A stretch of 63,716 nt of DNA, the filler included, from Reclinomonas americana ATCC 50394 (taxonomy: Eukaryota), in the NCBI GenBank assembly GCA_048213135.1. It is 6 parts of 3 records of this genome, joined end to end, with 100 filler letters (N's around TTAATTAATTAA, not from the genome) between each part and the next. Parts side by side here need not be neighbours in the genome. Positions count along the whole stretch, not along the records: positions 49,674 to 56,993 come from PS015145.1; positions 57,094 to 63,716 come from PS015146.1; 4 more parts are not named here. One strand, written 5' to 3'. The notes beneath the pieces were generated by a model. That model ran no database searches and was not told the DNA's origin. It saw only the letters and a list, made by a program, of their open reading frames with translations. Of this stretch, positions 53,445 to 63,716 are shown piece after piece. The position numbers and the translations under genes are program-made. The stretch's first letter is position 1. Every line of letters begins with the position of its first letter.

Positions 53445-56400
53445 TCAGCATTGCCGCAACGTCAACCCTGTTGCTTCTCCTTTCACCCCACGCACCGCCC
53501 AACTCGCATAGAGCCTGTGAGGCCACCTCCAGGAGTCGCGANNNNNNNNNNNNNNNNNNNNNNNNNNNNNNNNNNNNNNNNNNNNNNNNNNNNNNNNNNN
53601 NNNNNNNNNNNNNNNNNNNNNNNNNNNNNNNNNNNNNNNNNNNNNNNNNNNNNNNNNNNNNNNNNNNNNNNNCGAGCGATCGGCGTACTGGAGTCGCGTG
53701 AGCAGCACCACCGCGTCCGTGTGCAACACAGCGTCGCGGGCCGTCGGATTTTGTACAAGGTTAATGATTACACGAGCCGCCTGCTTCTGCACAGACTCGG
53801 AGGCGTGCGCCAGGTGGCTCACAATCAGTCGCACGGTGGGTGGAGCGGCCAGGACCTCGCGGATCGGCGGGCTCATGGCTGCAGGGGTCGAGTGAGGAGC
53901 AGGACGGGAGGGGGACGGGAAAGGAGATGGAGGAGGGGNNNNNNNNNNNNNNNNNNNNAAGGAGGGGAAGGAGGGGAAGGAGGGGAAGGAGGGGAAGGAG
54001 GAGGAGGAGGAGATTGTGACTCGTTCTCTGCACCTCGTTGTTCTTCTTCTTCTTGTACTTTTTTCCCTCTTCCTCTTCTACTTCAAGTGTTCGCGTCTTG
54101 TGTTGTTGTTGCTGTTCGTCTTCTTCTCCCACTCCTCCTCTTTCTCTTCCTCCTTTCCCTCCTCCCCTCCTTCTCCTATTTCCCCTCGGATATCAAGTAC
54201 AAGAGTAACCACTATACGAGAACGAAAAAGACAAAACAAAAGAGTAGGAACCATATGACGAACGAGAAAGTAGCAGAACAATAACAACCACAACCACCAC
54301 CGCAACAACACATGAAGCCCACATGAACAATTGAAGAAGAAGAGGAAGTGAGCGCCTACGGACAAGATGAAGAACGACAAAGAACACCAACAAGAGCAAG
54401 AGCAGCAATAACATGACAAGAATGAGGAGAACAAGGACAAGAAGCAGAAAACTCAGGAATGAAGACAAGGAGAAACACCACCAACAACGATGACGACAAC
54501 CAGCAGCGTGCGCAACTCAAGTATCGCAGAATGTCCAACACATTCTTGGTCACGCGAGGCTCCGGCGGCTTGCCCAACAGATGCAACAAGGCAGCCAGAC
54601 CATTGGCTTCCCGAATTGCATCGCGGTTGGGCGGGTTGACCACTACGACAATGGATCAACGTGAGAAACACTTTCCTCTCCCTACCCTTCCCCCTTTCGC
54701 CCTCCCCCTACTCACCCAGATTCCTCAACGCCCCAATCGCCTTGTCCACCAGTGACACGTTCTTGTGACGCAGCAGTTGCACAAGTGGCCTGATACCACC
54801 TGCCTCACGAATGGCGTCGCGATTGGCGGTGTTGTCCACAGCTGTTCACCGCACTATCAACAACCACCCTCACAACAAGACAGATCTCTGAAGAAGCGCA
54901 CCAAGATTTCTCAACGCCGACGCCGCACACTTGACAGTGGCCTCCACTCCACAACTCAGCAGCCTGACCAGCGGCTCGATGCCGCCCGCCTCTCGGATCT
55001 GATCGCAATTGGCAATGTTGCAACCAGCTGGACGTATGGCACACAGAGACTGGTCAGTCATCGCACGCTCGGTTGCGCGTGTTTGCAAAAAAACAACCCT
55101 CACACGCACCCAAGTTCTGCAAGCACGCCGCGGCGTTCTCTTGCGTTTTTGGCGAGTCCGCAGAGAGCAGGCGAACCACCGCGGGAATGCCGCCCTCCTC
55201 GCTGATACAGATCTTGTTGGCGGGATTCTCGGCCGCTGCCGACATGACGCAAGGGTGTGAGAGCGACGACGACAATCAGCAAACGAGGCTGAGTCACCAC
55301 CACTCACCGAGATTACTCAGGGTGGCTGCTGCCCGCCTGGCAATGGACTGGGAGTTGCTCGACAACAGGTGCACCAACAGGCGGATGCCGCCGGCCTCGC
55401 GGATCAATTCCTTATTCTCGGCATGTTGTCGTGCTGCGCAAGTGCACGTCGCACGGGACAATGCGTGAGCACGACGCACGCAGCACTTGTCACCCTTCTG
55501 CTCTCTCTCTCTCCTGCTCTCTCATTCACAAGCACATTTTCCTCTTCTTGTCGACTTGTCCTCACCAATTTCCCGCACGCAGCGGGTGGCGGCGGCTTGA
55601 ATGTCGGCCGGGTGCATCTGGTCCAGACAGGCCACTACTTGTTCTATGGCTCCCGGCTCCTGTCGAACCAAATCGCGCACTTGTTCCTCGCGTTGTGCTA
55701 CAGACGCACCGGCGGTCAGTCCACACGCACGAAAAAACAGGTCGAATCTGAGAGAGAACGGAATCTCGTGCACCCCTCCTCCTGCCGTCGCCAACTCCCA
55801 TATATCCCCTCCCCATACACACACGCACACACACGCACATGCACGCAAGACAAGACAGCGATCGCAGCGTGTCATCACCTATCAACACATATAACTTCGG
55901 AACAACAACTGCCTGTCTCTCATCCCAAGCACGCACCCAAGTTCATCAAGCCCGTGAGGCCACGAATGGTGGACCACTCGCCGCCCGTGGCCGCCGCCGC
56001 ACCACCACCAACCACCGCCTCCCTATCCATGAGCGCCACCAACTCGCGCACCTGCCGCCGCAGTTCTTCCGTACTGGCGCCACTGCTGCCACCAGNNNNN
56101 NNNNNNNNNNNNNNNNNNNNNNNNNNNNNNNNNNNNNNNNNNNNNNNNNNNNNNNNNNNNNNNNNNNNNNNNNNNNNNNNNNNNNNNNNNNNNNNNNNNN
56201 NNNNNNNNNNNNNNNNNNNNNNNNNNNNNNNNNNNNNNNNNNNNNNNNNNNNNNNNNNNNNNNNNNNNNNNNNNNNNNNNNNNNNNNNNNNNNNNNNNNN
56301 NNNNNNNNNNNNNNNNNNNNNNNNNNNNNNNNNNNNNNNNNNNNNNNNNNNNNNNNNNNNNNNNNNNNNNNNNNNNNNNNNNNNNNNNNNNNNNNNNNNN

Positions 56401-56990
56401 NNNNNNNNNNNNNNNNNNNNNNNNNNNNNNNNNNNNNNNNNNNNNNNNNNNNNNNNNNNNNNNNNNNNNNNNNNNNNNNNNNNNNNNNNNNNNNNNNNNN
56501 NNNNNCGGCCGACGACAAGGACGGCGTGCGACTCATTGACGACACGGACGACGACGACGACAGCGGCGGCGGCAGCGGTACGGGCGCAGCCGGCTGCGGC
56601 AGCAACAGAGGTGACGGAGCCGCCGAGACAGCAGGCGACGATCGCGGCAGTGGTGAAGGCGGCGGTGGCAGTGCCGGCAGCGGTGACGGTGGCTGTGCTC
56701 TCCCACTGCCCGATACTCGTCGTCGCTCCTCTCCCATCGCCATGATGACCTCTGTGGTGGTAGTCGTCGCAGGTGTCTGTCGTCGTCGCCGTCGCCTCCA
56801 CGACTGCGCTGCTGACACCTGCTCATCATCGCCAACATCATCATCATCGTCGTCATCATCATCCGCTCCCTCCTCATCAGTGACCACCACCGCCAGCTCA
56901 TCATCATCGTTGCCTTCCACGACCACGCGAGTCGACGAGAGGAACATGGAGGCCACAGAGACACTGGCCGAGGTCGGTGGCACTGCTGCT
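53445..56990 (-). CDS. Armadillo-repeat protein (multi-exon, gapped; may continue to about 52220)
   Basis: Repeated ARM units: NKELIREAGGIRLLVHLL..AAATLSNL; ISEEGGIPAVVRLL..NAAACLQNL; IREAGGIEPLVRLL; NRDAIREANGLAALLHLL. Confidence 0.85.
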
Positions 56991-57094
56991 GGANNNNNNN
57001 NNNNNNNNNNNNNNNNNNNNNNNNNNNNNNNNNNNNNTTAATTAATTAANNNNNNNNNNNNNNNNNNNNNNNNNNNNNNNNNNNNNNNNNNNNT

Positions 57095-59408
57095 TTTCTC
57101 GAGTTGTTCGCAGCCTATCAGTACCCGTTGCCACCGTCGACGCCACTCCATCACCATCCACCAGCAGTGTGGTTGTCACGGCGAGCGTCCAAAATCTCTT
57201 CCCACTCACGACGTACTACTATCGCATCCTGGACGCGTCGTCGTTGCAGCGAGGCAGCATTCAGTCGTTTACCACGCCAGACTGCTCTTCGGTCGCGTAC
57301 GGCCCAATTTGCACTCGTGAGTTCTATGTGCCCTCTTGTTTCTGGTACTGCTAGCCAACACGCCTTCGCTTGTCTTCCACAGCTTGCCCGTGCCAGAATG
57401 GCGGCATATGCAACTCCGGTGTCGCTGGCGACGGATCATGCACCTGTCCTCCACTGTTCAAGTTCACCAGCATTTGCAGCCGCGGTATGTACATGTGCTA
57501 AGTAGGGTAGCAAGACGGTCGACTGCCACTCCCTTTGAGATTCACCTTTCCCATACGCAGGCGTCACGATGTTCTCGCCCGACTTTATCTCGTCCGCCAG
57601 CACCGTGGCACCTCTCACGCTGGCGGGCATCGGTCTAGGATCGGACATGATTCGTGCAGTTCGCTTGGAACGTGGCCTGCAGTGTTCCGTTGGTGCGCTG
57701 ACCGCAAGCGCATCGCTGTCGCGTGACTTTGTGGTGGCGGAGATGACACAAGCGCCGTCCCTGAATGGCTTGCCGGCGTTGACGTTTTCCATCGGCAACA
57801 TGCCAACGTTGTTGCTCGGGCAGTGGAGTGTGTGTGTTGACTTGTTGAACAACAATCCTGTCGCCACATTTGTCAAGGTCGGCGGCGTGTTGAATTTGGG
57901 TGAGCGACATTGATGTGCTGTGTTGGTGATAAATCGCCACCCTCGTTGTGACCGTTTGCAATTTGTGTAGCTGGAGTCACATCGGTGACGCTACCCAGTG
58001 TACTGGCCTCCGTGTCTGGCTCATCGATCGTGTTGGTCGGCTCGGGCCTTCGACCTGCAGCAGCCGTTCGCAGCGTGTTCTTTTCGCCTGTGGCGTCGTC
58101 AATATCTGTTGGCACGTGCGGTCAGACTCCGCTGCGTGCCAGCGCTCTAGAAACTGCGAGCGCAGCCGATGACATGCTGCGAGTGGTTGTCCCGCAGGGT
58201 GGCTTGTCGCCGACCGTGTACAAGGTAAGAAGAAGCGCGCACATCGATGACTCCGAGTGTGAAACGGCAGTTTGTCTTACTGTTCGCTTCACAGATTTGC
58301 GTGGAATATGCCGCCGATCCACCAAATGCCCTTACCCCTGGACCCTCCATGTCGGTCGCACGAGTCGACTCCTTTTCGCCTCCAGTTCTTCTCGCCAGTG
58401 CATCCCTGATTCCAGTGACGCTTATTGGTGNNNNNNNNNNNNNNNNNNNNNNNNNNNNNNNNNNNNNNNNNNNNNNNNNNNNNNNNNNNNNNNNNNNNNN
58501 NNNNNNNNNNNNNNNNNNNNNNNNNNNNNNNNNNNNNNNNNNNNNNNNNNNNNNNNNNNNNNNNNNNNNNNNNNNNNNNNNNNNNNNNNNNNNNNNNNNN
58601 NNNNNNNNNNNNNNNNNNNNNNNNNNNNNNNNNNNNNNNNNNNNNNNNNNNNNNNNNNNNNNNNNNNNNNNNNNNNNNNNNNNNNNNNNNNNNNNNNNNN
58701 NNNNNNNNNNNNNNNNNNNNNNNNNNNNNNNNNNNNNNNNNNNNNNNNNNNNNNNNNNNNNNNNNNNNNNNNNNNNNNNNNNNNNNNNNNNNTGTATGTA
58801 TGAGGGAGGGAACGAGGGAAGGAGTCATGGGTAGCGCAACTCTGCCCCTTTCTGTCGGGGTTTGCTCAAGATTGCGCTGTGGTGCAGGGATGGGGCTGAC
58901 TAGCGACAGCATCGACCAAGTCATCTTTACCCCCGCACCCTCATGTGCTACGTTGAACCCACTTCCCGCGGGGTCCGTGGTGGTGCTGGGTGCGCGAGTG
59001 ACGAATCCGAGTGGGGTGGTCGACGGCAGTGTCGCCTTGGTGCCACTGAACACGGACGGCAACAATGGAATCCCCGCCGGCATCTTTTGCATCTTTGTGA
59101 AATGGACAGCAGCGGCTCCAGACGGAGCACTGACGCAAGTCTCCTCACGCCGCCTCTACGTCGGTTTGTGTTGCCGTCTTGCGAGTCGTCTCCGTCAAGC
59201 GCTCCATACCCACGTTGCACTCCGCGACAGCCATCGCCACCCTGATGCAACCAGTCACTGTGCATCCAAATGCATCTCCTCTGTCGTCACACTCACCGGC
59301 TTCGCCATGGATCCTGTGGGCGCCCTGCGAAGTGTGGTCCTGCAACGCGGCGCCTCGTGCACGTTTCCGTCGCCAGTCACTTCCGTCACTCCCTCTGCGC
59401 TGACAGCC
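57095..59408 (+). CDS. Fragments of a large repetitive beta-rich (Ig/IPT-like) extracellular protein
   Basis: Repeating module: strand-rich LTLxGxGL..IRAVRL..C..G.[WY]xVCV[DE]; continues in the 60150-63716 duplicated segment. Confidence 0.5.
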
Positions 59409-62006
59409 NNNNNNNNNNNNNNNNNNNNNNNNNNNNNNNNNNNNNNNNNNNNNNNNNNNNNNNNNNNNNNNNNNNNNNNNNNNNNNNNNNNNNNNNNNNN
59501 NNNNNNNNNNNNNNNNNNNNNNNNNNNNNNNNNNNNNNNNNNNNNNNNNNNNNNNNNNNNNNNNNNNNNNNNNNNNNNNNNNNNNNNNNNNNNNNNNNNN
59601 NNNNNNNNNNNNNNNNNNNNNNNNNNNNNNNNNNNNNNNNNNNNNNNNNNNNNNNNNNNNNNNNNNNNNNNNNNNNNNNNNNNNNNNNNNNNNNNNNNNN
59701 NNNNNNNNNNNNNNNNNNNNNNNNNNNNNNNNNNNNNNNNNNNNNNNNNNNNNNNNNNNNNNNNNNNNNNNNNNNNNNNNNNNNNNNNNNNNNNNNNNNN
59801 NNNNNNNNNNNNNNNNNNNNNNNNNNNNNNNNNNNNNNNNNNNNNNNNNNNNNNNNNNNNNNNNNNNNNNNNNNNNNNNNNNNNNNNNNNNNNNNNNNNN
59901 NNNNNNNNNNNNNNNNNNNNNNNNNNNNNNNNNNNNNNNNNNNNNNNNNNNNNNNNNNNNNNNNNNNNNNNNNNNNNNNNNNNNNNNNNNNNNNNNNNNN
60001 NNNNNNNNNNNNNNNNNNNNNNNNNNNNNNNNNNNNNNNNNNNNNNNNNNNNNNNNNNNNNNNNNNNNNNNNNNNNNNNNNNNNNNNNNNNNNNNNNNNN
60101 NNNNNNNNNNNNNNNNNNNNNNNNNNNNNNNNNNNNNNNNNNNNNNNNNTGATGACGATCGCACACGGCGTGTCAGCGTCGAAAACGTGCGTTGCATGGC
60201 AAGTGTTACATTTTCTGGATGGCGCAGCAAGTCCATTACGGCCAACTGGTCGGCGATGCTGGTCTCTGCAGTTTGGGGCGACGCATTCGCACAATCAGTG
60301 AGGCACTGGCGCAGCAAAGCGAAAAGCTACTTCTCTTCAGTGAGACTGACCGACGCCCAGCGAGTAGCTGCTAGCCCGGTGAAATGCTCCCTCGGACGGC
60401 GCAGCAGCGTAGTCGACACAGAGAGCGTACCAGGATTTGAATCGATTCAAGAAGAATCCGCTCACCACGATTTCGTGACTCGCATCCACGGAGGCGGTGC
60501 TCTGCTGTGCAGTCGCCAAGTCGACTGCCAGCGTGCCGTTGCGTGTCGGACCCAACAGTGGCGCCACGCAGGATGTCGCCCATGGTATGCCGATGTCGTC
60601 GACGGGCTCCAGTCGCACCGCCCGCAGTGAAGTCCGCGCCTCCAGTCCCAGACCGCGAAGAGTGAGTCGTGCGGTGGGATCGTTCGCTGCAAGAACGAGC
60701 GGATAAATTGTCTCCACACGTGCTGCAGTCGGGCGGAGGTGCACAAGTGAGCCTATTGCAAGTACCAGTAGATTCACAAAGAAGGGGGAGCACAACAGAC
60801 CGACGAAGATGTACACCGCCTCCTTGACATTGAAAAAGGCGCCATTTGGGTCGGCTGCGGCGGCGTCGAAACACAGCGAGTATAGGCCGGCTTGCAGTCC
60901 ACTAGCCACGGTGATGAGCATGCGAGTGTCGCCATTAGTTGACTGCAGCGACACCGTGTCCGAGCTGTCAATGGTCAACGAGCCGGCGGCAACACTGGCC
61001 GTCGGCAGCACAGTGCACACAGTGGCCTCGCGCTCAAAACGGACGCGGCGCAGCAGAAATTGCGGCTGCAGAGCGACGCCACTGACGGTGAAGGTAGAAT
61101 TTGGCACGTGCTCGAGAACCGTCACCGGTGTGAAGGAGGCCACGGAAGCTGCGAATGTGACGCAGAGTCAGCAAACCACTCTCAAAAGAAGAAAGGTCGT
61201 GCCAAGCGAGACACTGACTCCTTCCAGCGTCCCACTCACAAGTTTCTGACATGCACTGAGTCTGCTCCCAGCAACTATCTCTTGCCTGAGGACAGGTACC
61301 TCTTCCTTCTCACACATCACTCTCCTTTCTCCCCTTCCTCCTCCGTCCCCCTCGCCCTGTCGCCACTCACCGATGGCAGCACTGCCATACTGCACAAAGA
61401 GTGGCTGCGAGTACGCCGACAGATCGACACACACGACGTACGTCTCAAGTGGCAGCGCGCCCGCTTCAATAACAACTTGTGAGCCGGCAGTGTCGTCCGC
61501 CACGGCGCCAAAGAGGAACGGCATTGACACTGTGCCCGCTGCTGGACTGTTGCCAGCCACAGCACATGTGGTCGACGCCTCAAACCGCACACTCCGCACA
61601 CTCACATTTGCACGCAATCCGTCACCCGAGATCGTGAAGCGCGCGGTTGCATCTCGCCGGAAGAACAACAGCGGAGCAACACCGACAATGTGCGGAACAT
61701 ACAGCTCACGCACAATCGGCGACACAGTCGGCAGTTGCTCCGGCCATTTTTGTAGAGCAGTGGTGGGTGAGTCGGAGACGAGCTCAACGCACACCGTCCA
61801 GCGACCGGCAGGCACACCGGCGGCAAAGAGTATTTGGAGACTAGTGAAGCTCGTATTNNNNNNNNNNNNNNNNNNNNNNNNNNNNNNNNNNNNNNNNNNN
61901 NNNNNNNNNNNNNNNNNNNNNNNNNNNNNNNNNNNNNNNNNNNNNNNNNNNNNNNNNNNNNNNNNNNNNNNNNNNNNNNNNNNNNNNNNNNNNNNNNNNN
62001 NNNNNN

Positions 62007-63716
62007 AATACGAGCTTCACCAGTCTCCAAATACTCTTTGCCGCCGGTGTGCCTGCCGGTCGCTGGACGGTGTGCGTTGAGCTCGTCTCCGACTCACCCA
62101 CCATTGCACTGCAAAAGTGGCCGGAGCAACTGCCAACTGTGTCGCCGATTGTGCGTGAGCTGTATGTTCCGCACATTGTCGGTGTTGCTCCGCTGTTGTT
62201 CTTCCGGCGAGATGCAACCGCGCGCTTCACGATCTCGGGTGACGGATTGCGTGCGAATGTGAGTGTGCGGAGTGTGCGGTTTGAGGCGTCGACCACATGT
62301 GCTGTGGCTGGCAACAGTCCAGCAGCGGGCACAATGTCAATGCCGTTCCTCTTTGGCGCCGTGGCGGACGACACTGCCGGCTCACAAGTTGTTATTGAAG
62401 CGGGCGCGCTGCCACTTGAGACGTACGTCGTGTGTGTCGATCTGTCGGCGTACTCGCAGCCACTCTTTGTGCAGTATGGCAGTGCTGCCATCGGTGAGTG
62501 GCGACAGGGCGAGGGGGACTGAGGAGGAAGGGGAGAAAGGAGAGTGATGTGTGAGAAGGAAGAGGATACCTGCCCTCAGGCAAGAGATAGTTGCTGGGAG
62601 CAGACTCAGTGCATGTCAGAGACTTGTGAGTGGGACGCTGGAAGGAGTCAGTGTCTCGCTTGGCACGACCTTTCTTCTTTTGAGAGTGGTTTGCTGACTC
62701 TGCGTCACATTCGCAGCTTCCGTGGCCTCCTTCACACCGGTGACGGTTCTCGAGCACGTGCCAAATTCTACCTTCACCGTCAGTGGCGTCGCTCTGCAGC
62801 CGCAATTTCTGCTGCGCCGCGTCCGTTTTGAGCGCGAGGCCACTGTGTGCACTGTGCTGCCGACGGCCAGTGTTGCCGCCGGCTCGTTGACCATTGACAG
62901 CTCGGACACGGTGTCGCTGCAGTCAACTAATGGCGACACTCGCATGCTCATCACCGTGGCTAGTGGACTGCAAGCCGGCTTATACTCGCTGTGTTTCGAC
63001 GCCGCCGCAGCCGACCCAAATGGCGCCTTTTTCAATGTCAAGGAGGCGGTGTACATCTTCGTCGGTCTGTTGTGCTCCCCCTTCTTTGTGAATCTACTGG
63101 TACTTGCAATAGGCTCACTTGTGCACCTTCCGCCCGACTGCAGCACGTGTGGAGACAATTTATCCGCTCGTTCTTGCAGCGAACGATCCCACCGCACGAC
63201 TCACTCTTCGCGGTCTGGGACTGGAGGCGCGGACTTCACTGAGGGCGGTGCGACTGGAGCCCGTCGACGACATCAGCATACCATGGGCGACATCCTGCGT
63301 GGCGCCACTGTTGGGTCCGACACGCAACGGCACGCTGGCAGTCAACTTGGCGACTGCACAGCAGAGCACCACCTCCGTGGATGCGAGTCACGAAATCGTG
63401 GTGAGCGGATTCTTCTTGAATCGATTCAAATCCTGGTACGCTCTCTGTGTCGACTACGCTGCTGCGCCGTCCGAGGGAGCATTTCACCGGGCTAGCAGCT
63501 ACTCGCTGGGCGTCGGTTAGTCTCACTGAAGAGAAGTAGCTTTTCGCTTTGCTGCGCCAGTGCCTCACTGATTGTGCGAATGCGTCGCCCCAAACTGCAG
63601 AGACGAGCATCGCCGACCAGTTGGCCGTAATGGACTTGCTGCGCCATCCAGAAAATGTGACACTTGCCATGCAACGCACGTTTTCGACGCTGACACGCCG
63701 TGTGCGATCGTCATCG
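62007..63716 (+). CDS. Further exons of the same repetitive Ig/IPT-like protein (inverted near-identical copy at 60150-61857)
   Basis: GRWTVCVEL, ETYVVCVDL, GLYSLCFD, SWYALCVDY modules. Confidence 0.5.

Overview
Eukaryotic (protist-like), GC-rich and very compact draft-genome scaffold with N gaps and artificial TTAATTAATTAA linkers. The ORF track is mostly misleading because genes are broken by many short (mostly ~55-100 nt) GT-AG introns. By hand splicing I reconstruct about 22 genes: a Kelch/pseudo-calpain/EF-hand protein, UBAC1, a two-domain nucleotide-diphospho-sugar transferase, a MYST acetyltransferase, an ISOC isochorismatase, a large type-I surface protein, an acylated MGCGCS protein, a GATA/AT-hook factor, FAM114 (split by a probable scaffold inversion), LTO1, a SelJ-like ADP-ribosylglycohydrolase, two tandem ~20-exon 3-ketoacyl-CoA reductase paralogs with micro-exons, ELP3, CCDC77, a bacterial-type transaldolase, an ARM-repeat protein and a repetitive surface protein. 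Most striking is a frequent second class of 5' splice site, |GTTGCG (once |GTTGAG). It is the local GTGCG/GTGAG consensus shifted by one inserted T, seen at about 27 introns and almost always where the exon does not end in G. A ~150-nt tandem repeat in the long transaldolase intron carries a U6-like GATACAGAGAAGATT motif. All gene models are manual and unverified by transcripts.
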